In this document: one piece after another, positions 10,707 to 20,715 of the stretch
Position numbering within the stretch: position 1 is the stretch's first letter
How the letters are laid out: each line of letters starts with the position of its first letter
Assembly (NCBI GenBank): GCA_050949565.1
Contig: JBMNFY010000017.1
Span: forward strand, 160,001 to 224,000
Length of the DNA: 64,000 nt
Source: Kiritimatiellia bacterium
GTDB taxonomy: Bacteria; Verrucomicrobiota; Kiritimatiellia; RFP12; UBA1067
Direction: 5' to 3'
Notes under the pieces: generated by a model
What the model saw: the letters and a program-made list of their open reading frames with translations, nothing else
The model's database searches: none
Told to the model about the DNA's origin: nothing
Program-made: the position numbers and the translations under genes

Positions 10707-10710
10707 ACGC

Positions 10711-11643
10711 TCAATTTTCAGCGGGCAGGGACGGCCGTTGCTTCTCGCCCACCACGCGATGCGCCACACGCTGCAACACCTTGGCATCTGCGGCTGACAC
10801 ACCTTTGGGCACGAAGGTGTTGCCGACCACGCTCTCGCCGTAAAAGAACTCGAACCAGACACAGCCCAGCAGATACTCGCCCTGCGCGTTCGCGTGAAAC
10901 TTGTCGGCCCCCAACCGGAATGTGCCGCTCTTGGGATCTTTGCGCCAACTGTAACCGCAGTGTAGCGCACGCTTCTCGGCCGGCAACGTAGGATAAACTG
11001 CCGTCTTGGGATCAAATGCCGGATCGGGCACGAACGGCCCCCATGCCGGATCACGCCGTGCTGCCTCCATCGCATCGCCGCTCGGAATCAACCGGAACCC
11101 CTTAGCCTGACCAAACGCATCGTAAGCCGTGCGCACCTTGCGGTACATGTCATCCGTCGAAACGAATCTTTTTGTCCCGCCGACCGGGTGGTCATCGCGA
11201 TAGGCCCAGGTCTGATGCACCACGATCTCGGCATCCGGCGCGTATTTGCGGATGATCGCAATCAGCCGGTCAGCCCCCGGCTGGTAACTTTCTGGAATCG
11301 GTGCTTTGTGGCTCACCTGCTGGATGGTCACGTACGCCCACTTCTCTTGCTGCAACAGTTCCTGCAAGCTCTTCTTGCCGGCGTAAGGGCGTCCCTGAGG
11401 ATCGGCGGGATCCTTTTCAAAAGCCTCCGCATGCCGCACGTGGCGGTCGAAATCGCATCCGCCGATCATGGCGTGCCCCACTATTGCTTCATGACCTGCC
11501 GCCGTCACAATCTCCTTGAAGTACCGCAGCGCGTTGTTTGAAAAGCTGTTGCCGACTGCCAACAGCTTCACGCTCTTGGCGTCAGCCGTCCCACAGACCA
11601 ACCCCACCAACACTGCAATCACCGCTATGCCATATCGTCGCAT
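10711..11643 (-). CDS. DUF4886-like SGNH-fold secreted protein
   Basis: Signal peptide MRRYGIAVIAVLVGLVCGTADA; LAVGNSFS, TIQQVSH, HQTWAY, DKFHAN motifs. Confidence 0.8.
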   Translation of the reverse strand: MRRYGIAVIAVLVGLVCGTADAKSVKLLAVGNSFSNNALRYFKEIVTAAGHEAIVGHAMIGGCDFDRHVRHAEAFEKDPADPQGRPYAGKKSLQELLQQEKWAYVTIQQVSHKAPIPESYQPGADRLIAIIRKYAPDAEIVVHQTWAYRDDHPVGGTKRFVSTDDMYRKVRTAYDAFGQAKGFRLIPSGDAMEAARRDPAWGPFVPDPAFDPKTAVYPTLPAEKRALHCGYSWRKDPKSGTFRLGADKFHANAQGEYLLGCVWFEFFYGESVVGNTFVPKGVSAADAKVLQRVAHRVVGEKQRPSLPAEN

Positions 11644-11672
11644 CGTCCCCATCCCTCCGTTTTTAGCGCATC

Positions 11673-13994
11673 TCAAGTGAGGTTGCGCTTGGCCGCTGCC
11701 ATCATCTGCCGCATCAATGCGCGCCGGTCCTGCCAAGTATCGCGCAACGAGCCGATCCGGATTCGCTGACGGAACTGGTCGAGTTTCATCCGCGCCACGG
11801 GTGTGACGCGCACGCGGACAGGCCGTCCCGGCTCGAGGCAAAAGAAGTTGTCATCGTACCACGCATCCAGGCCACCCAGCGAGATCCAGACCCAGAGCGC
11901 CGGGTGACGGCTCGTGAGAATCACGGCAAAGCTGTTGTCATCCCACACGCGGATCTCAGCCCGTATCCGCGGCGACTGCGAATTCAATTCGCGCCACGCA
12001 CAGAAAGGCACGACCTGCCACGCCACAGGATTGCCCTGCTCGTCGGCCAGGTAGAGCCAGAGCAAAAGATTGGCCGCACCGTGCTTACGCAGCGTCTCGC
12101 CGACTTTGACCGTCACCGGCTTCGTACGTGAAGTCGCCTTGAGCGTGACTTTTTTGGTGCCTTCGAGAACCGTGGAGCCTTCCATTTGCGTCATGCGCCA
12201 CTGCACCTCACCCTTGAAAGGCTTGGCGCCATCATTGAAAGCGAACACCTCCACCGTCGCCCCCTGACGACGCCCTGCAAGGGTCAACGGGGCAAAAAAG
12301 CGACGTGCCGCAAAGTGTAGGGCCTTCCACCGACCGCCTGCGTCCACCGACGAGCAACTCGCCGTGGGCCAGCAGTCATTGAGATGCCAAAAGATCGCCC
12401 CGCCCTGTCCGTCATCCGTCTCGCAACGCCCACGCATGACCTGCTGCTCGACGGCCAGCGCCTGCTGGATTTGGCTCAGCCACAGTGTGTTTTCAAAACC
12501 GAACGGCATCAGGAACTCATCCACGCAGGTAGCGAAAATGCGCTTGGCACCGTCCGCCGGCGACATGTGAAACAGGCTGGTGGGATGCGACACATTACGT
12601 TCGGGCTCGCTGAGATAAGCGGCTGCGGCGCGCGGCTCAGGAAATGCGGGGAGGCTTTGAAAGTCCGGGCACCCGCCCATAGAAAACGGATCGTGCGCTA
12701 TCGGTGGCAGGCATGGCCGACTGGAATCCTCGCGCTTCACCGCTTCCTCGACCGTCTTAACATACGCGGCGTGTATACCCTTCCCGCCGTCATCCCCACA
12801 GCACCACATCACCACCGCGGGATGGTGGTGCAGTCGCTGGATCACACCGGCCACCTCACGCGCACAGGCAGCAAGCGTCTCGTCGTCCGGCTTTTCCGAC
12901 TGCGCCTCGCAGAGCATCATGTCTTGCCAAACGCAGACACCGTATTCATCACACAAATCGTAAAAGGCTTCATTCTCATAGATACCGCCGCCCCAAACGC
13001 GCAGGCAGTTCATGTTGCCGACCGCCGCCGCCTTGACGAGGCGCGCATACTCCACGCGCGTCAGGCGCGCAACGTAAAGGTCGGCCGGCATCCAACTCGC
13101 GCCTTTCAGAAACATCGGCATCCCATTGATGAAAAAGCGCCGCACGACCTCGCCCCGCACTTTCTTTTCTTCCATGCGGAAGTCGCGCAACCCGATACGT
13201 CTCGGGATGTGCTCGTGGCATGTGCGTCCCGTCAGCACATCGACCGTGACCTCATATAACGGCTGATCACCCATGCCGACCGGCCACCAAAGCTGTGGGT
13301 TTTTGACCGGAACATTCAACGACAGACGGTCCACATTTAGAATGTCTCGCGCCTCGTGAAGGATATTGCCCTTGTAGCAGACACGGACCAAAACCTCAAG
13401 GTGCATCTCAGGACGGAAGCGCTCCGCTTCCACCGCCACAGTCAGGCCGACCTCCCCCGTAACGGAGTGATCTTGCAGAATGGTCACTTGATGCACACGC
13501 ACGTTGGAGAACGCCATCACGGAGACATCGCCACAGATTCCGACCGTCTCCGATTTGGGCTGCCAAAGGCCGAGCGATGACGACACTTGGCGACGCAAGG
13601 GTTGGTCTGTAGCGGCTGCAAACACCACGGTCAGCTTGTTTTTACCGGGCTTGATGATCGTCTTCACATCGTACTCCAGCGGCTCGAAAGCACTCGCCGA
13701 ACATCCAAGCTCCGTATCGTTAAGCGACACCACCGCGCGCCCGTCAAGCCCTTCAAACCGCAGCACCACGCTGTCGTAGTCCGAAAAATCCTCAGACACG
13801 AAAACTTTTTCGTAAACCCACGCGCTTTCGCACACGCGCGACATGTTCTCAAGCGCCATGCCCGGAATCGGGTCTTCAATCTCTTGCGCTGTCAGAAGGT
13901 CAGCGTGTATACAGCCCGGCACCAACGCCGACAGGCTCTTCTTCGAACCTTCCTTTCGCACACTCCAGTCGCCTGTCAAATCAATTCGTCTCAT
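11673..13994 (-). CDS. GH2 beta-mannosidase-like protein, catalytic motifs degenerate
   Basis: VPGCIHADL, FEGLD, LWWPVGMGDQPLY, NCLRVWGGGIYE, WHLNDCWP. WxGNNE is replaced by WCCGDDG. Confidence 0.85.
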   Translation of the reverse strand: MRRIDLTGDWSVRKEGSKKSLSALVPGCIHADLLTAQEIEDPIPGMALENMSRVCESAWVYEKVFVSEDFSDYDSVVLRFEGLDGRAVVSLNDTELGCSASAFEPLEYDVKTIIKPGKNKLTVVFAAATDQPLRRQVSSSLGLWQPKSETVGICGDVSVMAFSNVRVHQVTILQDHSVTGEVGLTVAVEAERFRPEMHLEVLVRVCYKGNILHEARDILNVDRLSLNVPVKNPQLWWPVGMGDQPLYEVTVDVLTGRTCHEHIPRRIGLRDFRMEEKKVRGEVVRRFFINGMPMFLKGASWMPADLYVARLTRVEYARLVKAAAVGNMNCLRVWGGGIYENEAFYDLCDEYGVCVWQDMMLCEAQSEKPDDETLAACAREVAGVIQRLHHHPAVVMWCCGDDGGKGIHAAYVKTVEEAVKREDSSRPCLPPIAHDPFSMGGCPDFQSLPAFPEPRAAAAYLSEPERNVSHPTSLFHMSPADGAKRIFATCVDEFLMPFGFENTLWLSQIQQALAVEQQVMRGRCETDDGQGGAIFWHLNDCWPTASCSSVDAGGRWKALHFAARRFFAPLTLAGRRQGATVEVFAFNDGAKPFKGEVQWRMTQMEGSTVLEGTKKVTLKATSRTKPVTVKVGETLRKHGAANLLLWLYLADEQGNPVAWQVVPFCAWRELNSQSPRIRAEIRVWDDNSFAVILTSRHPALWVWISLGGLDAWYDDNFFCLEPGRPVRVRVTPVARMKLDQFRQRIRIGSLRDTWQDRRALMRQMMAAAKRNLT

Positions 13995-14124
13995 CGCACC
14001 ATCCCATCTGTGCCACATTTGATACTCATAGGTGCATTGTCGCAGACCCCATTGCTAAAGTCAATCCATCAACCAAAACCAGATTGCGGTGGATATTTCG
14101 AAACGAGAGCGGTATCATGCAAAC

Positions 14125-14694
14125 ATGAATCTGACAGAAAAGACACTTGGCACGCGGCGTGTGTTTGAAGGGCGTGCACTGGTCATTGATGTGGTGGACA
14201 TCGAGCTTCCTGATGGACGGCGGTCGATACGCGAGATTGTACGGCATCGTGGTGCCGCCGTCGTCTTGGGCCAGCGCCCGGACGGTTGCTATGTGCTGGT
14301 CCGACAATACCGCAAGGCCATCGAACAGGCGTTGCTGGAAGTGGTAGCGGGCGGCCTAGAGGAAGGTGAAGATCCCGACACGGCTGCACGACGCGAAATG
14401 GAGGAGGAGAGCGGATACGAAGTGATCTCGCTGAAAAAAATCGGGATGATTGTTCCGTGTCCCGGTTATTCGGAAGAGCACCTGCATCTGTACTACGCGC
14501 GCCTTTCGCAAGAGCCGCGCACACAACGTCTGGATTCCGATGAAAACCTCGAACCTGTAGTAATGACCGCTGAAGCGCTTGACGCGGCCTTGGACGCAGG
14601 TGAGTTGATCGATGGCAAAAGTGTTGCGATCTGGCTGATGTGGCGTCGCATGTGCGCGATGGAAGACGGAGCACAAGAGGTTAGGGCGGAATGA
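14125..14694 (+). CDS. NUDIX hydrolase (ADP-ribose pyrophosphatase-like)
   Basis: Nudix box GGLEEGEDPDTAARREMEEESG; LVRQYR; DGKS. Confidence 0.92.
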   Translation: MNLTEKTLGTRRVFEGRALVIDVVDIELPDGRRSIREIVRHRGAAVVLGQRPDGCYVLVRQYRKAIEQALLEVVAGGLEEGEDPDTAARREMEEESGYEVISLKKIGMIVPCPGYSEEHLHLYYARLSQEPRTQRLDSDENLEPVVMTAEALDAALDAGELIDGKSVAIWLMWRRMCAMEDGAQEVRAE

Positions 14695-15806
14695 ATACGA
14701 CGCGCTCACCCCTACTCACGTTGGCGTTGCTCGCCATGGTTCTGTTTCTGGTGTTTCAACTCCGCGAAGCACGACACATGCGTGTCGTACAGAAGACGTC
14801 TCCGACCGCTGACGCGCGCACCGAGCCGTCCAGCCGGAGCAACCGCGAAACCGAGGCTACCCTTGTCTACAAGCGTGTCTCGCCCTCGGTGGTCGCGGTC
14901 GCTAACAACGCATTGGTGCGGCGCGGATTCTTCTTCGATTTCCAAATTTACGAGGTGCCGCAAGGCGCTGGGTCCGGCTTCGTATGGGACAAGAAGGGAC
15001 ATATCGTCAGCAACTACCACGTAGTACATCAGGCCAACAGGCTGACCGTCACCTTCCCGGACGGCACGCAGTACGACGCGAAATTGGTGGGCATCGCACC
15101 AGACTATGACTTGGCCGTACTCAAAATTGATGCGCCGCCCGACCGGCTCGTGCCTGTGGAAGTGGTGGCATCGCGCGACCTTGAGGTCGGCCAGCAGGTC
15201 TACGCCATCGGCAATCCCTTCGGTCTCGACACCACCCTCTCCTCCGGTATTGTCAGCGCATTGGGGCGCACCATCACTTCGATGACCGACCGTAAGATCC
15301 ACGACGTGATCCAGACCGATGCGGCGATCAACCCCGGCAATTCGGGCGGGCCGCTACTCGCCTGCTGCGGGCGGCTGATCGGCGTCAACACCGCGATCCT
15401 GAGTCCGAGCGGCGCCTACGCCGGAATTGGGTTCGCGGTGCCGTCCGATACCGTTTCGCGTGTCGTGCCGCAACTGATCGAAAAAGGGCGGGTCACGCGG
15501 GCGGGACTCGGCGTCCGGCTCCTGCCCGATCACGTCACCGCACGCGCGGGCCTGAGAGGTGTTGCGGTCTACGCGGTGTTTGAGCAGACCCCCGCCGCAC
15601 ACGCGGGCCTCGCGGGTGTCGGGCTCAACCGTTTCGGCGAATTGGTTTTCGGCGACATCATCGTCGCGGTGGACGGGCAGGCCGTCACGACGATCGAGGA
15701 TGTGCAGGCCATACTGGATCCGCGCCAGCCTGGCGACAGCGTGGAACTCACGGTCGCGCGCGCGGGCAAATCGCGCAAGATCACCCTCACGTTAATTGAG
15801 GAATAG
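14691..15806 (+). CDS. HtrA/DegP-like serine protease with one PDZ domain
   Basis: N-terminal membrane anchor, NYHVV, DLAVLK, IQTDAAINPGNSGGPL, C-terminal PDZ. Confidence 0.93.
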   Translation: MNTTRSPLLTLALLAMVLFLVFQLREARHMRVVQKTSPTADARTEPSSRSNRETEATLVYKRVSPSVVAVANNALVRRGFFFDFQIYEVPQGAGSGFVWDKKGHIVSNYHVVHQANRLTVTFPDGTQYDAKLVGIAPDYDLAVLKIDAPPDRLVPVEVVASRDLEVGQQVYAIGNPFGLDTTLSSGIVSALGRTITSMTDRKIHDVIQTDAAINPGNSGGPLLACCGRLIGVNTAILSPSGAYAGIGFAVPSDTVSRVVPQLIEKGRVTRAGLGVRLLPDHVTARAGLRGVAVYAVFEQTPAAHAGLAGVGLNRFGELVFGDIIVAVDGQAVTTIEDVQAILDPRQPGDSVELTVARAGKSRKITLTLIEE

Positions 15807-15939
15807 ACGGAATACTCGAAAAGGCACAGCACTGCTTTCATTCTCACGGTTGCGGGCCACTGCGTGGTCGCAACAAGAGATGTTGACCGGCGACGTTCGA
15901 CCCGCGACCTGCAGTTGGAGCAGCCTCCCCAAAAACCTT

Positions 15940-15988
15940 GTGGCATGGGCGTCCCGCCCATGGAACACGGGCAAGATGCCCGTGCCAC
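15940..15988. repeat. Inverted REP doublet (REPIN-like)
   Basis: GTGG-CATGGGCGTCCCGCCCATG, a GAA spacer, then the reverse complement of GTGG-CACGGGCATCTTGCCCGTG. Confidence 0.8.
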
Positions 15989-15990
15989 AC

Positions 15991-16211
15991 CTCTGCGTCT
16001 CCGCGTCTCTGCGTTAAACAAGCCCGAACCATGAAACACATGAAACTTCATGAAAATCAGTGCCCTCCTTTTCGTGTGTTCCGTGTGTTTCGTGGTAAAA
16101 AAACCGAGCAGCCCCCAAAAAACTTCGTGCTCTTCGTGTCTTCGTGGTGAAATAAACCCGAGCCGTGCCACCCCAAAAAACTCTTACTTATTACCTCTTA
16201 CCTACTACCTA
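15991..16211. repeat. Cluster of short 9-10-mer triplet and 7-mer repeats
   Basis: 15991-16018 matches 38354-38381 (27/28). TTTCGTG-type triplets at about 16070 and 16123, an inverted one at about 16028, and TTACCT-type heptamers at 16184-16211. Confidence 0.75.
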
Positions 16212-16216
16212 TCCCC

Positions 16217-16750
16217 CTACCATTCCACGCCGGGCTGGGCGGGGCACCCCTGCTCGTAGGCATGTTTCTCGCAGCTCACGATACAGACGGTGTCGGCCAG
16301 TTCGAGCAGTTCCGGCGGGGCGTCACGTCCGGTCAACACCACGACCGTTCCGGGCGCGGCCTCCGCGAGCACTCCGACAACCGCCTGCGCATCCAGCAGC
16401 CCGAGCGAAACCGCACCGCACACCTCATCGAGCACTACCATACCGCAAGCAGGATCGCATAACCGTTCGGCGGCTTGCGCCAACCCTGCGCGTGCGGCCT
16501 GCGCATGTGCTTCGAACGCCTCTCCCGTGCATTCCCGCACGAAGCCTTTGCCACAGACGAGATGCTCCACGCCGGGGAGCAGACGTAACGCTTGCGCCTC
16601 TCCGGTGTCCGTGCATTGTTTGATGAACTGCACCACGCAGACGCGCAGACCGTGGCCCACGGCACGCAACACCATGCCCAGCGCCGAGGTGGTTTTACCC
16701 TTGCCGTCGCCGGTCAACAAGATCACGCGGTTTGTGTGGTGTGGGCCCAT
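16217..16750 (-). CDS. cobO: Cob(I)yrinic acid a,c-diamide adenosyltransferase (CobO/BtuR)
   Basis: TGDGKGKTTSALG, VQFIK, VLDEV, VLTGR, ELADTV, KHAY...GVEW. Confidence 0.93.
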   Translation of the reverse strand: MGPHHTNRVILLTGDGKGKTTSALGMVLRAVGHGLRVCVVQFIKQCTDTGEAQALRLLPGVEHLVCGKGFVRECTGEAFEAHAQAARAGLAQAAERLCDPACGMVVLDEVCGAVSLGLLDAQAVVGVLAEAAPGTVVVLTGRDAPPELLELADTVCIVSCEKHAYEQGCPAQPGVEW

Positions 16751-16918
16751 CGTTTTTCTGAGCACTTGGAACAACGCTCCAATTATGATAAAGATAGTGG
16801 GGTTTTCGGCAGGGACAGGAATAGCCCCGGCCGGCACCCATTCACTGTAACATGACAATATCGTATCGATTTAGCGTCTGCCCGTCACGAACGGATTTAT
16901 GGAGGACCGCGCACCGCG

Positions 16919-18073
16919 ATGCAGAGTAACCATACACTGCTCTTCGACGCCCGCGCGGCGACCCGCGACTTTCCAGGTATCAACCGTTACATCCGCGAAC
17001 TGCTGGCCGCTTTGTTGCCGGAGTTGCAGCCGGATGAACGGCTACATGTGATCCTGCCCAAAGAGACGGAAATCCCGTGCCTGGATCATCCGAGCGTGAC
17101 GATCCACCGTGTCGACGCGGACCCCACCACCTTCCGCAGCCACTGGCAAACGTTTCGGCTGGTGCGTGCGGTCCGGCCGCAGGTCATTCATGCCCCCTAC
17201 CTCCTGACCCCGCTGCGTGTGCCCGGCAAACTGGTGCTGACGGTGCATGACGTCATTCCGCTCTCGCACCCGCAATACAGCTCTCTGGCGACCCGCCTGT
17301 TCTGGCGTCTGGCGGGGCGGCGCGCACTGCGCCATTGCCGCAAACTGATCGGTGTTTCCGAAGACGCACTGAAAACCTGCGCCCGCTTCTTCGGCACCCG
17401 TGCCGTACGGCGCAGCGTGGTGATCCGCCACGGGGTCTCCCCCGCTTTCCAGCCGCAGCCCAAAGAGGCCGTTGAGACAGTCCGGCAAGCCTATGGCCTG
17501 CCCGAACGCTTTCTGTTGTATGTCGGTTCCGACCGGCCCTACAAGAACGTGACCACTCTGCTGCATGCTCTGGCGCTGATGGACCCGACCGCCTCAATGC
17601 CGTTGGCGCTGGCCGGCTTCGACAGCGACAATAGCCCGCTGCGGCGGGAGGCCGAGGAACTGGGGTTGGGACAGCGTGTGCTGTGGCTAGGGTGGGTCCC
17701 CGAGGCTGACCTGCCGGCACTCTACAGTGCAGCGCACGCGCTGCTCTTCCCGAGCTTAGTCGAGGGATTCGGCTTCCCGGTATTGGAAGCCATGGCCTGC
17801 GGCACGCCGGTCGTCTGCTCCGCGCTCGGGGTACACAAAGAGATCACGGACGGAGCCGCGAAGCTGGTACACCCGATTGACCGCCAGGAGTGGCGTCGCG
17901 CGATCCACGCCGCCATCATTTCGCTCGACTGGCACGATGCCTACCGGGATAAAGGATTGGCGCGCGCCGCCCGCTTTTCGTGGACTGAAACCGCGCGCGC
18001 AACGCTGGAGATTTACCGCCAGCTTTATCCCAAACCATTCCCGCACTCGACAAACCCGCCCCCTGCCGAGTAA
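16919..18073 (+). CDS. GT4 glycosyltransferase (MtfB-like)
   Basis: GINRY, TVHDVIP, YVGSDRPYKN, PSLVEGFGFPVLEAMACG, RFSW. Confidence 0.92.
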   Translation: MQSNHTLLFDARAATRDFPGINRYIRELLAALLPELQPDERLHVILPKETEIPCLDHPSVTIHRVDADPTTFRSHWQTFRLVRAVRPQVIHAPYLLTPLRVPGKLVLTVHDVIPLSHPQYSSLATRLFWRLAGRRALRHCRKLIGVSEDALKTCARFFGTRAVRRSVVIRHGVSPAFQPQPKEAVETVRQAYGLPERFLLYVGSDRPYKNVTTLLHALALMDPTASMPLALAGFDSDNSPLRREAEELGLGQRVLWLGWVPEADLPALYSAAHALLFPSLVEGFGFPVLEAMACGTPVVCSALGVHKEITDGAAKLVHPIDRQEWRRAIHAAIISLDWHDAYRDKGLARAARFSWTETARATLEIYRQLYPKPFPHSTNPPPAE

Positions 18074-18103
18074 ACTGGGCACCTTTATTGGAGTAAGACC
18101 ACT

Positions 18104-18685
18104 ATGACAAAAGCGTGCGATCTCAAGAAAGGCAGTCTCGTCGGCATTCGCGGGCTGCCTCATGTGCTTGAAAATCTGAGTATCACAACCCCCAGTGCCC
18201 GCGGTGCGGCATCGATCTACCATTTCCGCTTCCGCAACCTGATCACCAAAGCCAAACAGGACATCTCCTGCAAGGGCGAAGAGCCGTTCGATGATATCGA
18301 TTTCGAGCGTCGTCCGGTGCAATACCTGTATCGGGAGGACGACCTCTACACCTTCATGGACACCGAGGACTTCTCGCAGTTCACCCTTCCTGCATCGGCC
18401 ATCGAAGAGCAACTCGATTACTTGGTCGAAGACATGGAGGGCATTGCCGCGCTGATTTCCGACGGCAAGATCCTTACGATCGAAGTGCCGCACAAGGTGG
18501 TGCTGACCATCGAATCCTGCGATCCGGTGATGAAGGGTGCCTCGGTAACGGCGCGCACCAAGCCCGCCAAATGCCAAACCGGCCTGGTGGTTCAGGTGCC
18601 CGAGTATCTGGAAGCCGGAGAAGCGATCATCGTGGACACCACGACCGGCACCTACCTCTCGCGCGCCACAACCGCAAAGCTTTAA
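18104..18685 (+). CDS. efpL: Elongation factor P-like protein EfpL/YeiP
   Basis: Loop TPSARGAAS (Arg tip, YeiP type), FMDTEDFSQ, SVTARTKPA, VQVPEYL. Confidence 0.85.
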   Translation: MTKACDLKKGSLVGIRGLPHVLENLSITTPSARGAASIYHFRFRNLITKAKQDISCKGEEPFDDIDFERRPVQYLYREDDLYTFMDTEDFSQFTLPASAIEEQLDYLVEDMEGIAALISDGKILTIEVPHKVVLTIESCDPVMKGASVTARTKPAKCQTGLVVQVPEYLEAGEAIIVDTTTGTYLSRATTAKL

Positions 18686-18690
18686 CCACC

Positions 18691-18727
18691 AATTCTTAAC
18701 TCCTAACTCCTAACTCCTAACTCCTAA
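18691..18727. repeat. Heptamer tandem repeat (TAACTCC)x4
   Basis: Directly visible; a related reverse-complement tract lies at about 39510-39538. Confidence 0.85.
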
Positions 18728-18741
18728 ATTCCGAGGCTCCT

Positions 18742-20406
18742 ATGAACAGCGACCAAGTCAAAACCGGATTCCAACGCGCCCCCCACCGCAGCCTCTTCAT
18801 GGCCACCGGCATCAAGCGGGACGATTTCAAAAAACCGTTCATCGGTGTCTGCAACTCCTACACGGACGTCATTCCGGGCCACTGCCACCTCAACAAGGTC
18901 GCGGAGCAGGTCAAGCAGTGTATCCGTGAAGCGGGCGGAGTACCTTTCGAATTCAACACGATCGGCATCTGCGATGGCATCGCGATGGGACATAGCGGCA
19001 TGAAATACTCGCTACCCAGCCGTGAACTGATCGCGGACTGCGTGGAGTCCATGGTCAAGGCGCACTGTTTTGACGCCATGATCTGCATCCCCAACTGCGA
19101 CAAGATCACCCCCGGCATGATCCTCGGTGCGATCCGCGCCAACATCCCTACGATCTTCGCCAGCGGCGGGCCGATGCGCGCCGGAAAGTTTGACGGACGG
19201 GCGATGGACCTGATCTCAGTCTTTGAAGGCGTGGCCCAGTACAAGAGCGGCGCCATCAGCGAAGAACAACTGACGCAGATCGAAGAGGCGAGCTGCCCCG
19301 GTTGCGGCTCCTGCTCCGGCATGTTCACCGCCAACTCAATGAACTGCCTCTGCGAGGCGATCGGTCTGGCGCTGCCCGGCAACGGCTCGATCCTGGCCGA
19401 CGACCCAGCCCGCAAAGACCTCTGGCGGCGCGCGGCACAGCGCGTCGTCGAGATGGCGCGGAACGAATCCCCGCGCCCGCGCGATCTCATCACACGCGCC
19501 TCGATCGACAACGCCTTCGCGCTAGATATGGCCATGGGCGGCAGTTCCAACACCGTGCTGCACACCCTCGCCATCGCGCATGAAGCGGGCATCGACTACG
19601 ATCTCGACCGCATCAACGCCATTTCGCAACGCTGCCCGAACGTCTGCAAGGTCGCGCCCTCCTGTGCCTACCACATGGAGGATGTCGACGCCGCAGGCGG
19701 CATCCCGGCGATCCTCAAACGCATCGCCGACATTCCGGGCCTGCTCGACACCACCTGCCTGACTGTCAGCGGCCAGACTATCGGCGAGATCATCGCCGCC
19801 GCCGAGGTCAAGAACGCACAGGTCATCCGCACGCTGGACAACGCCTACTCGCAAGACGGCGGGCTGACCATCTTGCGCGGCAATCTGGCCGAGCAAGGGG
19901 CGGTAGTCAAAAAGGCCGGCGTCTCTGCTGCCATGCTGACCTTCGAGGGAACGGCCATCTGCTTCGACTCTGAGGAAGAGGCGTGCGAAGGCATCCTCGC
20001 CGGCAAGGTCAAGCCCGGCCATGTGGTGGTCATCCGCTACGAAGGTCCGCGCGGCGGCCCCGGCATGCAAGAGATGCTGGGCCCGACCTCCTACATCATG
20101 GGTGCGGGGCTCGGCGAATCCGTGGCGTTGATCACCGACGGACGCTTCTCCGGCGGCACGCGTGGTGCCTGCATCGGCCACGTCTCGCCCGAAGCGGCCG
20201 AAGGCGGTCTGATCGGGCTGCTGCGTAACGGCGACCGCATCCGCATCGACATTCCAGGCCGCCGCTTGGAAGCGCTGCTTGACGACTCCGAGATTGAGAG
20301 CCGCCGTGCCGCTGCACCGGCTTGGCAGCCGCGCGACATGGGCGGATGGCTACGCCGCTACGCCCTGATGGTGGGCAACGCCAGCTCCGGTGCTTCTCTT
20401 TGCTGA
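18742..20406 (+). CDS. ilvD: Dihydroxy-acid dehydratase
   Basis: [37 protein letters not shown]. Confidence 0.98.
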   Translation: MNSDQVKTGFQRAPHRSLFMATGIKRDDFKKPFIGVCNSYTDVIPGHCHLNKVAEQVKQCIREAGGVPFEFNTIGICDGIAMGHSGMKYSLPSRELIADCVESMVKAHCFDAMICIPNCDKITPGMILGAIRANIPTIFASGGPMRAGKFDGRAMDLISVFEGVAQYKSGAISEEQLTQIEEASCPGCGSCSGMFTANSMNCLCEAIGLALPGNGSILADDPARKDLWRRAAQRVVEMARNESPRPRDLITRASIDNAFALDMAMGGSSNTVLHTLAIAHEAGIDYDLDRINAISQRCPNVCKVAPSCAYHMEDVDAAGGIPAILKRIADIPGLLDTTCLTVSGQTIGEIIAAAEVKNAQVIRTLDNAYSQDGGLTILRGNLAEQGAVVKKAGVSAAMLTFEGTAICFDSEEEACEGILAGKVKPGHVVVIRYEGPRGGPGMQEMLGPTSYIMGAGLGESVALITDGRFSGGTRGACIGHVSPEAAEGGLIGLLRNGDRIRIDIPGRRLEALLDDSEIESRRAAAPAWQPRDMGGWLRRYALMVGNASSGASLC

Positions 20407-20626
20407 AGGTTAGGCGGTCATAGTACGGCGCCGAAAAGAGGTCGGACGTCTGACACGCATGGGCAGTCCGAGACGTCCTGCCCCACTATGCCGTTCCCAA
20501 TCCGTTCATCAGGCTTGAGAATGCCGGAAAAAGATATTTCGCTGCATTCAGCATAGCCACCCTCCTCACAGTAATCTGGTGCCAACCGCCCGTATAGCGA
20601 TGTCGCACCTCCACGAACACACTGAT

Positions 20627-20655
20627 ACTCTACCACGCACCACATCGTCCCGCAA
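20627..20655 (-). promoter_or_regulatory. Putative sigma70 promoter, orphan copy
   Basis: Minus strand TTGCGG-17 nt-TAGAGT with extended -10 TG; 26/29 identical to 22516-22544. Confidence 0.5.
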
Positions 20656-20715
20656 CACGGGAATAGGGAGCAAAGCAAGAACTTGAAGTAAGAAGTAATA
20701 AGAATGCGCGCGGAG

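Noticed and set aside
15569-16259. Several short ORFs across the htrA-cobO spacer
   Set aside because: They are translations of repeat DNA.
16751-16918. Cobalamin riboswitch upstream of cobO
   Set aside because: No B12-box or other conserved core motifs were recognised.
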